Assembly: GCA_041557595.1 (NCBI GenBank)
Contig: JBFFGE010000004.1
Span: 1-60,687 of the forward strand
DNA length: 60,687 bases
Direction of reading: 5' to 3'
From: Alphaproteobacteria bacterium
GTDB lineage: Bacteria > Pseudomonadota > Alphaproteobacteria > UBA8366
The notes under the pieces were generated by a model. The model was not told the origin of the DNA. It worked only from the letters and a program-made list of their open reading frames with translations, and searched no databases. This document shows, one piece after another, positions 8,141-17,500 of this stretch (positions within the stretch are counted from its first letter, which is position 1; every line of letters begins with the position of its first letter). Position numbers and translations under genes: made by a program.

Positions 8141-8244
8141 GACCATTTCTTGCTTAAATTGACGCATATGAAATGGTCTTTCTCTTGGTTTTTTGCGCAA
8201 ATACGTCGTCGCGCACCGTTTCGGATCGCCCGGGAATTGCTCTA
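8138..8244. repeat. Intergenic repeat family B, copy 1 (RIME/Bru-RS-like)
   Basis: About 107 bp, closely similar to 10115-10220 and 17501-17606; overlaps the TAG stop of the FNT gene. Confidence 0.9.
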
Positions 8245-9087
8245 ACGCTTCCGAAGGTAGACAAACCAATACACGATGCCGACCAGCACGCCGCCGCCGA
8301 TCAGATTGCCGATCGTGACGGGAATGAGGTTGTGCGCCATGCCGGCGAGGGTGAGCGCCGGATACTCTTCGATAGACGTGCCGAGCATTACCCATTGCTC
8401 GGCGTCCGCAAAGATTTTGAGCATGAGCCCGACCGGCAGAAAATACATGTTGGCCACGGAATGCTCGAAACCGGCGGCAACGAACGCCGCGATGGGCGGC
8501 ACGATCACCAGTATTTTTCCGGCGACGGTGCGGGCGCTGTAGGTCAGCCACACGGCGAGACAGACAAGAATGTTGCACAGGATGCCGAGGGCCAGCGCCT
8601 CGACGAACGGGAGGGAGGCCTTGCCGTTGGCGATCGAGAGCATTGTACGACCGACGCTGCCATTGCCGAAGGCGTGCTGACCGGAGAGAAAGATGAGGAC
8701 CGCCATACCGACCGCGCCGATGAAGTTGCCGATATAGGCGAGCGCCCAGGCGCGGAGCAGCGTTCCGAGGGATATCATCCGGCCGGCCCAGGCCATCACC
8801 ATCAGATTATTGCCGGTGAACAATTCCGCACCGCCGATCACCACCAGGATGAGACCGAGCGAAAACGCCAGGCCGCCAAGCAACCGGACGACGCCATAGG
8901 GCAGGGCGTCGGAAACGCCGGACACCGTCACCGTGGTGAAAATGGCGCCGAATGCGATGAAGGCGCCGGCGAGCACGGCGAGCGCCAGCAAGGAAACCGT
9001 ATCCAGCCGGGCCTTGGCGACGCCGACTTCTTCCGCCTTGACCGCCATTTCCGGCGGCAGCAAGGGATCGTAGGGCGGATGAGGCAT
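8242..9087 (-). CDS. Formate/nitrite transporter (FNT) family channel
   Basis: GAELFTGN, LCNILVCLAVW, GFEHSVANM and PVTIGNLIGG signatures. Confidence 0.93.
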   Translation of the reverse strand: MPHPPYDPLLPPEMAVKAEEVGVAKARLDTVSLLALAVLAGAFIAFGAIFTTVTVSGVSDALPYGVVRLLGGLAFSLGLILVVIGGAELFTGNNLMVMAWAGRMISLGTLLRAWALAYIGNFIGAVGMAVLIFLSGQHAFGNGSVGRTMLSIANGKASLPFVEALALGILCNILVCLAVWLTYSARTVAGKILVIVPPIAAFVAAGFEHSVANMYFLPVGLMLKIFADAEQWVMLGTSIEEYPALTLAGMAHNLIPVTIGNLIGGGVLVGIVYWFVYLRKR

Positions 9088-9202
9088 CGTTCATTTCCCC
9101 GGTTGACATGGTATTCGGATCTTTGCGTGACGCGCGCCGGGAATCCGCCCGATTTCTGGTCGTTCCTATTACGCAATTCTGGCCCATACGACCCCGGAAC
9201 TC

Positions 9203-9216
9203 TTGATCAAGATCAA
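9203..9216. promoter_or_regulatory. Perfect FNR/FixK box (TTGAT-CAAG-ATCAA) between divergent FNT and rhodanese genes
   Basis: 10/10 match; TACTCT -10-like hexamer at 9239-9244 fits -41.5 geometry towards the rhodanese gene. Confidence 0.8.
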
Positions 9217-9276
9217 ACACCCGCCGTCGGGCGGGCGCTACTCTTACGAAAATTGGCGGATTCACAGGAACCAGGG

Positions 9277-9672
9277 ATGGGAATGACGATGCTGAAACGC
9301 GGGTTCAAGGAAATGCTCGCCGAGGCCAATGCGGTGATTGAGACGGTTTCCGTGCCGGATTTGGCGTACCTCCTGGACGATCCGGAGGTGGTGCTCGTGG
9401 ATGTGCGCGAAACCGTCGAGCGGGATCGTGCGGGTGCGATACCGGGGTCGGTCCATGCGCCACGCGGTTTGCTGGAGTTTCACGCAGATCCCGATAGCCC
9501 GGCCTACAATGGCGAATTGCATCCCAGCGCGCGGCTCATTCTCTATTGCGGTACCGGTGGGCGGTCGGCGCTTGCGGCCAAGACGCTCGTCGACATGGGG
9601 TATCCGGACGTCGCCTCGCTGGCCGGCGGCTATGAAGCCTGGCGCCGTGCGTCGGAGCAAGGTGGATCCTGA
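9277..9672 (+). CDS. Single-domain rhodanese-like protein
   Basis: LVDVRE, GAIPGS, PRGLLEF, active-site loop YCGTGGRS, LAGGYEAW. Start may be 9277, 9283 or 9289. Confidence 0.9.
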   Translation: MGMTMLKRGFKEMLAEANAVIETVSVPDLAYLLDDPEVVLVDVRETVERDRAGAIPGSVHAPRGLLEFHADPDSPAYNGELHPSARLILYCGTGGRSALAAKTLVDMGYPDVASLAGGYEAWRRASEQGGS

Positions 9673-9673
9673 C

Positions 9674-10102
9674 GTGGTTCGGTCGAACGGCGGCGCACGC
9701 GTCCCGGGCGGTACGGCGTCGCGGGCTGCGACTGTTCGGACACGATCCCTTCGCGATTCGCTGCTGACGCTCCTGGTTCTTTTCCTGATCCTGCCGGTAC
9801 TCGCCGGTTGCGGCCGGCCGCTGTCGGCCGAGACGCGCCGTCCGTCGCCCGCCAAGGAACGGCAAAGCCTGTTGAAAGAATGCGCCGTGTGTCACGATAT
9901 TTCGCGCGGCGGCGGGATATCGCCGAACCTGCTCGCGCCACCATTTGCCGATGTCGCACGGCATCCGGCGACGACGGCGCTCAGCCTGCGCGTGTTTCTG
10001 CAGTCGATGCATCAGAATATGCCGGATTTCCTGCTGAGCGCGCGCGAACGGGATGAAATTATCACCTATATTCTGAACCTCAAGCCGAACAAGCCGCTTT
10101 GA
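9674..10102 (+). CDS. Monoheme cytochrome c, probable lipoprotein
   Basis: Hydrophobic stretch ending in lipobox LAGC; CAVCH; HQNMP candidate axial Met. GTG start 1 bp after the rhodanese stop (start uncertain). Confidence 0.8.
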   Translation: MVRSNGGARVPGGTASRAATVRTRSLRDSLLTLLVLFLILPVLAGCGRPLSAETRRPSPAKERQSLLKECAVCHDISRGGGISPNLLAPPFADVARHPATTALSLRVFLQSMHQNMPDFLLSARERDEIITYILNLKPNKPL

Positions 10103-10114
10103 CCGGACTCCGGC

Positions 10115-10220
10115 TTAGCTCATTTCTTGTCTAAATTGACTCATATGAAATGGTCTATCTCCTGGTTTTTACGCAAATACGTCGTCGCGAACCGTTTCGG
10201 TTCGCTCGGGATTTGCTCTA
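10115..10220. repeat. Intergenic repeat family B, copy 2
   Basis: TTAGCTCATTTCTTGTCTAAATTGACTCATATGAAATGGTCTA...GAACCGTTTCGGTTCGCTCGGGATTTGCTCTA; overlaps the TAG stop of the pat gene. Confidence 0.9.
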
Positions 10221-12914
10221 GCCCTGTGCAAAGCCCAAAGGCAAGGTGACGCGGACGATGCCGCCATCGTCTTCGACCACGGAACGCTCGAAGCCCAGCC
10301 GGTCGCAAATTGCCAGCATCGTGGCGTTTTCCCGCAGCACGTCGCCAAAAATCTGCCCGATGCCCTGGCTGCGTGCGTATTCGATAATACGCTGCATGAG
10401 GTGGGTGCCGAGTCCCATTCCCGTGACGTCGGGCCGAATGACGATTGCGTATTCGGCCTTGTCCTTGTCCGGATCCGTACTGATGCGCACGACGCCGAAT
10501 ATCGGCGCCTTGCCGGGCGAACCCGGCTCGGTAAGCACAAGCGCCATTTCCCGGTCGTAGTCGAGTTGCGTGAACCGGGCGGCCGCCATATGGGTCAACG
10601 TCTTCATCGGGATGAAAAACCGCTGGCGCACCTGTTCCTGCGTCAGCATCGCAAAGGCCTCGCGCAAGGCCGGCTCGTCCTCCGGCACGATGGGCCGAAC
10701 CAGCAGGGTGCGCCCGTCGCGCAGCGCTACCGTCCCCTCCAATTCCTTCGGATAGGGCCGCACGGCCAGCCGATCGACCGCCGATGCGGCGGCATGCGTT
10801 ACGCGAATGCGTGCATCGAGCGCCATGACGCCTGCATTGTCGGCGAGCAGCGGATTGATATCGATCTCCGCGATTTCCGCGAAATCGGTCACCAACTGGG
10901 AGACCTTTATGAGGGTCAGCGCGATCGCGTCGAGGTGGGCCGCCGGCACATCTCGGTATCCCTGCAACAGTTTGAAGACGCGGGTATCCTGCATCAGCGA
11001 GTGTGCGAGTTGCATGTTGAGCGGCGGCAGGCCGAGCGATCTGTCGCCGATAACCTCGACCGCCGTCCCGCCATGACCGAACAGGATGACCGGTCCGAAT
11101 TGCGCGTCCTCATGCGCGCCGATGATCAGCTCGAAGCTCTGCGGACGGGAGATCATGGCCTGCACCGTAAAGCCTTCGATGCGTGCCTCCGGCCGGCGGG
11201 CTTCGACCGTATCGAGCATGACCGCGCCGGCCTTGCGGACGGCCGCGTCGTCTTCGAGATCGAGCGCAACGCCGCCGACATCGGATTTATGGGTGATGTC
11301 CGGCGACAGGATTTTCACGGCGACCGGGAATCCGATCCGGCGGGCCGCCGCGACGGCGTCGTCGACCGAGACAGCCAATTCGGTGCGTCCGGCCGGGATG
11401 TCGTAGGCGGCCAGGACGTCCTTCGCTTCCGGCTCGGTCAGCCAGGACCGGTCTTCGGCCAGCACCCGGTCGATCATATTCCGGACGCTGTCCCTGTCCG
11501 GTGCGAACGCGGTCGGACGGGAAGCCGGGGTTTCCATCAGGTTTTCCTGCGCGCGCTGGTACCGGATCAGGTTCATGAAGGCGCGCACCCCTTGTTCGGG
11601 CGTTTCATGCGTCGACAGTCCGTGCTTCGCAAATAGCGCGCGCGCGTCGTTCGCAAGCGTCCCCCCGACCCAGCTTGTCAGGATGAGCTTTCCGTCGTGC
11701 CCGGCTACGGCCTCGATGACGGCCTGCGCGGCGTCGAGGCCCGGCGCCACCGCAGTCGGACTGTTGAGCACCAGGACCGCATCGACATTCGGGTCCGTCA
11801 GGACGATCCGAAGCGTGTCGGCGTAGCGCTGTCCCGGCGCGTCGCCGATCATGTCGATCGGATTGGCGCGCGGCCAGGTCTGCGGCAGGACGCCGTCAAG
11901 CCGCTCGAGCGTACCGGGGTCGAGTTCGGCGAGCCGTCCTCCTTCCTCGATCAGGGCATCGGTCGCCAATACGGCAATGCCGCCGCCATTGCTGACGATG
12001 GCAAGGCGGTCGTCGCGGGGCTTGGCCGCCAGCGACAGGATTTCGGCCGCATCGAATAATTCGGACAGCGTCAGGACGCGGAGCATGCCGGCGCGGCGAA
12101 AGACCGCGTCATAGACGTCGTCGGCGCCTGCCAGCGCACCCGTATGCGATGCCGCGGCGCGCGCGCCTTCCGCATGACGGCCTGCCTTGACCACGATGAC
12201 CGGCTTCATGCGCGCGGCCGCGCGCGCCGCGGACATGAATTTGCGCGCGTTGGTGATCGCCTCGACATACAGCAGGATCGCACTGGTTTTGCGATCGTTG
12301 GCGAGATAGTCGAGCATGTCGCCGAAGTCCACATCGATCATGTCGCCGAGCGACACGAGGTGGGAGAACCCGATGCCGCGTTCGTCCGCCCAGTCCACGA
12401 TTGATGTGACGATCGCACCGGATTGCGCGACGAAGGCGAGTTTGCCCGGCGCCGGCGCCGCCGGAGAAAAACTGGCGTCGAGACCGATGGTCGGAACCAG
12501 GATGCCCAGGCAGTTCGGTCCGATGATACGCATCAAATGCGGCTTGGCGGCATCGAGGATCGCTTGCTTCCGCGTCCTTTCGTCCGCCGGGTCGTCCCCG
12601 CCGAATCCGGCGGTGATCACAACGGCGGCCTTGGTGCCGCGCCGCCCCAGATCCGTGATGATCCCGGGAACTGTGTCGGGAGGAGTGCAGATGACCGCCA
12701 AATCCGGCACGACAGGCAGGCTGGCGACATCCGGATAGGCGATGACGCCGCCGACATCCGAATGTTTCGGATTGACCGGCATGACAGGTCCGCCGAACCG
12801 GCTGCGCAGCAGATTCCGGCCGATCACGGAACCGACCGACAGAGGCCGCGTACTCGCGCCGATCAGCGCGACAGATTTGGGCTTGAAGAGATAATCCAGG
12901 TTCCGGATCGACAC
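10218..12914 (-). CDS. pat: Pat/YfiQ-type protein: ADP-forming acyl-CoA ligase-like domains fused to a C-terminal GNAT acetyltransferase
   Basis: PKSVALIGAS, IIGPNCLG, QSGA, SHTGAL, ATP-grasp HKSDVGGV, DINPL, then a GNAT domain (RFTQLDYDREMAL, GMGLGTHLM, NATML). Confidence 0.88.
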   Translation of the reverse strand: MSIRNLDYLFKPKSVALIGASTRPLSVGSVIGRNLLRSRFGGPVMPVNPKHSDVGGVIAYPDVASLPVVPDLAVICTPPDTVPGIITDLGRRGTKAAVVITAGFGGDDPADERTRKQAILDAAKPHLMRIIGPNCLGILVPTIGLDASFSPAAPAPGKLAFVAQSGAIVTSIVDWADERGIGFSHLVSLGDMIDVDFGDMLDYLANDRKTSAILLYVEAITNARKFMSAARAAARMKPVIVVKAGRHAEGARAAASHTGALAGADDVYDAVFRRAGMLRVLTLSELFDAAEILSLAAKPRDDRLAIVSNGGGIAVLATDALIEEGGRLAELDPGTLERLDGVLPQTWPRANPIDMIGDAPGQRYADTLRIVLTDPNVDAVLVLNSPTAVAPGLDAAQAVIEAVAGHDGKLILTSWVGGTLANDARALFAKHGLSTHETPEQGVRAFMNLIRYQRAQENLMETPASRPTAFAPDRDSVRNMIDRVLAEDRSWLTEPEAKDVLAAYDIPAGRTELAVSVDDAVAAARRIGFPVAVKILSPDITHKSDVGGVALDLEDDAAVRKAGAVMLDTVEARRPEARIEGFTVQAMISRPQSFELIIGAHEDAQFGPVILFGHGGTAVEVIGDRSLGLPPLNMQLAHSLMQDTRVFKLLQGYRDVPAAHLDAIALTLIKVSQLVTDFAEIAEIDINPLLADNAGVMALDARIRVTHAAASAVDRLAVRPYPKELEGTVALRDGRTLLVRPIVPEDEPALREAFAMLTQEQVRQRFFIPMKTLTHMAAARFTQLDYDREMALVLTEPGSPGKAPIFGVVRISTDPDKDKAEYAIVIRPDVTGMGLGTHLMQRIIEYARSQGIGQIFGDVLRENATMLAICDRLGFERSVVEDDGGIVRVTLPLGFAQG

Positions 12915-13028
12915 GCCGATGACTTTCCTTGGTGGCTCTGCGATTGGCCGGGCGGGGCGACGGAGATTAGCGCGCCAAGCGCCGCCGGCATTGACCCACG
13001 TTACCGCCGATTAAATGGCGATCCGGAG

Positions 13029-14246
13029 TCACCGGCTCGGTTCCCGCGCCGCAATGCGGGTGCCGTCGGTTACGCTGTCGCTCGGGTGCAGCACCACGCG
13101 CGTTCCCGGGTCGACGCCATCCTCGATCTCCGCCTCGAGTTTCGTTCGGCGTCCGAGCGTAACATGCCGGCGCTCTGCGCGGCCCTCTTTCTCGACGAAC
13201 ACCGCCCAACGGTCGCCGTCGCGGAAGAATGCGGTGAGCGGCAGCTTCAGCACGTCGTCGCCGTTCCACAGGACGATGCGGGTTTCGACACGGTAGCCAT
13301 GGCCGAGCCGGCTCCAGCGATCCCGCGGGTCGCGAATATCGATGATGACGTTGACGCGCTGCTCTTCGATGCCGAGCGCGGAAATCTTCGTAAAGCCGAA
13401 AGGTTCGACACGCCGGACCGCGCCGATGAGCGGTGTCGCGCCGCCCCATTGTTCGATGATGACGCGCTGTCCCGCCTCGACCTTGACCGCGTCGGACGAC
13501 AGCAAATCGACGACGATCTCGAGGTCTCCCGGATTGCCGATTTCCACCAGCGGATCGCCCGCCTTCACCACGCCCGCGCTCTTGTGCAGCACCCGCAACA
13601 CTCTGCCGCTGACCGGCGCCGGGATGGAGACGCAGTCGCAATCGCCTTGCGACTCTCGCGTTTCGGTGGGCGACACCAGCAGCGCCCAGGCCTGTGCCAA
13701 TTCGAACTCACGCATCTTCAGGGCCGCCTCGGTTCGCGCAACCTCGGCCTTGCGCTTCTTGAAGTTGCGATCGGCCTCGTCGAGGGCGCGCTGGGAAATC
13801 GTTTTGCTCTTGATCAGGCGTTCGGCGCGCTCCCGTTCGGTCTTTGCGAAAGCGAGTTCCGCCCGCGATTGCTCCAGTTCGGCTTCGGTCAGCGCCTTGG
13901 CGGCCTCGGCGGCCTGTACTGCCGCCTTCGCCTGGGCTTCGGAGCGGACATCCAGAAAAGTAGGGTCGATGGGCTCGATGCGGGCAACGACGGTCTCGTC
14001 GGCAATCACTTGGTCACCGACGTCGCTGTCGATTCTAAGCGCGCGGCCGGTCACGGGCGCGGACAGGACGTAGACATCCTTCACCCGCGTCTCGCCTTCA
14101 TCGTCCACCGTCACGATCAGCGGTCCGCGTTCCGCCACGGCGAAATCGACCTGTATCGCCCGGGGCCAGAATGCGTAAGCAAACCCCGCGATCAGGGCCA
14201 GGGCCATAACGCCCCACAATGCGATACGTCGCCAATTCAATTCCAT
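13029..14246 (-). CDS. HlyD/MacA-type periplasmic adaptor subunit
   Basis: N-terminal TM anchor, lipoyl halves (SAPVTG, APVSGRV), coiled coil, TKISALGIEEQRV. Confidence 0.9.
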   Translation of the reverse strand: MELNWRRIALWGVMALALIAGFAYAFWPRAIQVDFAVAERGPLIVTVDDEGETRVKDVYVLSAPVTGRALRIDSDVGDQVIADETVVARIEPIDPTFLDVRSEAQAKAAVQAAEAAKALTEAELEQSRAELAFAKTERERAERLIKSKTISQRALDEADRNFKKRKAEVARTEAALKMREFELAQAWALLVSPTETRESQGDCDCVSIPAPVSGRVLRVLHKSAGVVKAGDPLVEIGNPGDLEIVVDLLSSDAVKVEAGQRVIIEQWGGATPLIGAVRRVEPFGFTKISALGIEEQRVNVIIDIRDPRDRWSRLGHGYRVETRIVLWNGDDVLKLPLTAFFRDGDRWAVFVEKEGRAERRHVTLGRRTKLEAEIEDGVDPGTRVVLHPSDSVTDGTRIAAREPSR

Positions 14247-14253
14247 GGCACAT

Positions 14254-16617
14254 TCATTCCCGTGTTTTGAGAACGGCGATCAGATCCAATCCATCGAGCC
14301 GGCGGCGAACGAGGAACGCCGAGACGGCCGTTGCCGCGAGTCCGATGAGAACGGAAAGACCGTAGGTCGAGGGCTCGACGACGAGCGGTACGCGAAACAG
14401 CTCGGTCTCGAAACTCGTCGTGAATACCCAGGCGAGCCCGTATCCGGCGATACATCCCAGCGGCAGCGCCGCCGCAATCAAGAACGCGACCTCGCCGAGA
14501 AGGATGTAGGAGACTTCGGCCCGGCCGAAGCCGAGAACGCGTAAGGTGGCGAGTTCGCGGCCGCGCTCCGACAGGGCGATGCGGGCACTGTTGTAAACCA
14601 CGCCGAAGGCCAGGGTACAGGCGAAGGTGGCGAAGAAAGAAATGAAAATCATCAATGTTTCGCCGAGCGTCCGGTTGAAAGTGTCGATCGCCGCGCGGCG
14701 CGACATCACGGCCGCGATTCGGGGGGTGTTTTTGAGGGTGGCGAAGAACGCCGCATTTTCCGACGTGTCGACCAGGAGGTTAACGATGTTCACGCTCGGA
14801 CGTTCGCGCAGCATGCGGTTCAGCGTCGCCAGGTTCATATAGGCCGCGGTGCCGATATAGGATTCAAACACTTCCGCGACGCGCATTTGGCGGAGCGGCC
14901 GCCGGCCTTCGCGAACCTGTACCCAGAGCCTGTCGCCGCGGCCCACGCGCAATTTGTTGGCCAACGCGGTCGAGAGCACGAGGCCCTCGGCGGGAATGGG
15001 AATTTCGCGGCGCCGGGCGTCATAAATCGGGCTCAGGACCGGGTCGGGCAGGATGCCTTGTATCGCGCCCCGGTGCGACCGCGCGCCCGCATGAAATGTG
15101 ACGCTCAGGATGCGCATCGGTTCCGCCGACAGGATGCCGGGCAGGCGTTCGAACGACCGGGTCACCTCGCTGGATTGCACTTCGGCCAGTCCGACGGTGA
15201 CGTGCTGCCGTTGCGACTGAAAGAAGAAGACGTCGACGATGTGGCGTATGGAGTCGATCCATTGCATGGACGAGATGAGCACGCCCAACGCCATGGCGAC
15301 GCCGAGTATGGTCATGAATGAACGCAAGGGCGAGCGCAGCAACTGCCGCAAAATGATCCGCGTGGGCTGATCGAACCAGCGGGCAAGCCGCCCCGTGCCG
15401 AGGTGCGCCTTTGTATAAAGCGGCGGTACGGGCGGGCGCATGGCCTCGGCGGGCGGCAACCGCACGGCCCGCCAAATCGCCCCCGCCGCGCCCAAGATCG
15501 TGGCGGCGAGGCTGAACACGGCGGAGATAATGAACGCCGCCGGCCCGGGTTCGAAGAGCAGAAACGGGAAGCGGTAAAGCTCCGCGTAGATTTGCGTGTT
15601 GAACCGGCCAAGCCAGGCGCCGGCGCCCCATCCTATCAGGATACCGACCCCGGTCATCGCGATGACCAGCTTGGCGTAATGCCAGCCGACCTCCCGGTTC
15701 CGGTATCCGAATGCCTTCATCAGTCCGATCTCGGGCCGCTCGGTCGCGATCAGCCGGGCGAGCACGATGTTGGCGAGAAATGCCGCAACCGCGAGAAATA
15801 TGGTCGGGAGAATGGTCGCCATATTTCGAAGTTGCTCGAGTTCGTTCATGAGGAACCAGTTTGAAATCTGATCCGCCCGTTCATAGGCGCCGACACCGCC
15901 ATACCGGTCGAGTAGCGTATCGAGCCGGTCGATCACATCGGCCGGCTGGACACCGCGCAACAACGACATCGAGACTTCGTTGAAGGCGTCGTCCAAATCG
16001 TATGCCGCCTCCAGCGCGTCGCGGCCCATCCAGAGCGCACCGAAGCGTTTGTCATCCGGCATCAAGGCGCCGGGCCCGATGCTGTAGACGTATTCCGGCG
16101 ACAGCGCCGTCCCGACGATGCGCAGTGTCTGCTTGTGGCCGTTCAGGATCGCCTGCAGCCTGTCTCCCGGCGCGAGACCGTGCGCTTCCGCGAAGGGTTC
16201 GCTGACGATGACTTCGTCGGTGCTGCCGGCCGCGACATATCGGCCCGTCCGAAGCGCCAGCCGGTTGAGAATGGATTGGCCGCGTTCCGGAATCGAGACC
16301 AGCTGGCCGATCACCGGCTCCTCGAATCCCGCAATGGAAAGCGTGGCGATCTTGACGATGCGAGTCTCGACGGTCTGCACGCCCGGAATATCGGCCAGGT
16401 GCCGCGCAAGCTTGTTGGGCGCGCGCTTAACATTGGCGAAGACCTGCGCGAACCGATAGCGCTCATAGTAGGCCGTCGCCGTTTCGTTCAGCGCCTCGAT
16501 CGTCGTCAAAGACATCAGGAGAACGGCAACGCCGGAGCCGACCACGCAGGCGATGGCGAAAATCTGTCCGCGCAACCGCCATAAATCCCGGGTGAGTTTT
16601 CGGTCGAGCGCGCGCAT
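14254..16617 (-). CDS. ABC exporter permease with duplicated FtsX/MacB domains
   Basis: LDRKLTRDLWR start; two repeats of the ERxxEIG/ELATL...GY/GF FtsX motif. Confidence 0.9.
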   Translation of the reverse strand: MRALDRKLTRDLWRLRGQIFAIACVVGSGVAVLLMSLTTIEALNETATAYYERYRFAQVFANVKRAPNKLARHLADIPGVQTVETRIVKIATLSIAGFEEPVIGQLVSIPERGQSILNRLALRTGRYVAAGSTDEVIVSEPFAEAHGLAPGDRLQAILNGHKQTLRIVGTALSPEYVYSIGPGALMPDDKRFGALWMGRDALEAAYDLDDAFNEVSMSLLRGVQPADVIDRLDTLLDRYGGVGAYERADQISNWFLMNELEQLRNMATILPTIFLAVAAFLANIVLARLIATERPEIGLMKAFGYRNREVGWHYAKLVIAMTGVGILIGWGAGAWLGRFNTQIYAELYRFPFLLFEPGPAAFIISAVFSLAATILGAAGAIWRAVRLPPAEAMRPPVPPLYTKAHLGTGRLARWFDQPTRIILRQLLRSPLRSFMTILGVAMALGVLISSMQWIDSIRHIVDVFFFQSQRQHVTVGLAEVQSSEVTRSFERLPGILSAEPMRILSVTFHAGARSHRGAIQGILPDPVLSPIYDARRREIPIPAEGLVLSTALANKLRVGRGDRLWVQVREGRRPLRQMRVAEVFESYIGTAAYMNLATLNRMLRERPSVNIVNLLVDTSENAAFFATLKNTPRIAAVMSRRAAIDTFNRTLGETLMIFISFFATFACTLAFGVVYNSARIALSERGRELATLRVLGFGRAEVSYILLGEVAFLIAAALPLGCIAGYGLAWVFTTSFETELFRVPLVVEPSTYGLSVLIGLAATAVSAFLVRRRLDGLDLIAVLKTRE

Positions 16618-16623
16618 CCGGCC

Positions 16624-17367
16624 CTACCAATGAAGATCGCGGATCGGTTTCCGCGTTGCGTTGACTTGAACGTCGACGATCCTGCCGTCCGCGAAGCGCA
16701 TGACCCGGTCCGCCATCTCCCCGATCCCGGTGTTGTGCGTAATCAATGCGGTTGTCGTACCAATCTCCCGGTTGACCGCGTCGATCGCCTCGAGCACGAG
16801 AATGCCCGTTTCACTGTCCAATGCACCCGTCGGCTCGTCGCACAGCAGGACTTCGGGCCGTTTTGCCACCGCGCGGGCAATCGCCACGCGCTGCTGCTCG
16901 CCGCCGGAAAGCTGCGCCGGAAAATGGTCGAGACGGTCGGCGAGACCGACCAGCGCGAGCGCATCGGCGGGCGGCATCGGATTTGAGGCGATGTCGGTGA
17001 CCAGCGCGACGTTCTCGCGCGCCGTCAGGCTCGGGATCAAATTATAGAACTGAAACACGAAGCCCACATGTTCGCGCCGATAGGCGGTAAGCGCGTCTTC
17101 ATCGAAGGCAGTGAGTTCCGAACCGCCGAAGAAAACCTTGCCCGCACTCGGCGTGTCGAGCCCGCCGATAATATTGAGCAGGGTCGATTTCCCACTGCCC
17201 GACGGGCCCAGGAGCACGACGAGTTCGGACATAAAAAAGTCGAGATCGACGCCCCGCAGCGCCCAGACCTCCACGGCGCCGGTCCGGTAGACTTTGGTAA
17301 GTCCCTCCGTCCGCAGCGCCGGTTCATCCGGAGAACGATCCCGATGTTCGGCCGCCGGAACGGTCAT
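16624..17367 (-). CDS. ABC transporter ATP-binding protein (LolD/MacB-like)
   Basis: [32 protein letters not shown]. Start approximate. Confidence 0.92.
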   Translation of the reverse strand: MTVPAAEHRDRSPDEPALRTEGLTKVYRTGAVEVWALRGVDLDFFMSELVVLLGPSGSGKSTLLNIIGGLDTPSAGKVFFGGSELTAFDEDALTAYRREHVGFVFQFYNLIPSLTARENVALVTDIASNPMPPADALALVGLADRLDHFPAQLSGGEQQRVAIARAVAKRPEVLLCDEPTGALDSETGILVLEAIDAVNREIGTTTALITHNTGIGEMADRVMRFADGRIVDVQVNATRKPIRDLHW

Positions 17368-17449
17368 CGATCCGGTCTTTCTGTCCGGGGCGGGGCGAAG
17401 GGGGTGCGGCAAGTCATCCTGTAGCATCGGCATCCCGGAAACGCCGGCA

Positions 17450-17463
17450 GTGATGTAGGTCAA
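17450..17463. promoter_or_regulatory. FNR/FixK-like box (minus strand TTGAC-CTAC-ATCAC) upstream of the ABC exporter operon
   Basis: 8/10 match, about 85 bp upstream of the start. Confidence 0.5.
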
Positions 17464-17500
17464 GGAGGCCGCCGGTTAGAGGCAACGGCCATCGGCTCGG

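Noticed and set aside
8173-9672. 499-aa ORF that looks like a long N-terminal fusion to rhodanese
   Set aside because: The first ~370 codons are the antisense of the FNT gene plus promoter DNA; the real gene starts near 9277, after the FNR box.
12991-13004. TTGAC-CCAC-GTTAC as an FNR box for pat
   Set aside because: The right half-site is too degenerate to support the call.
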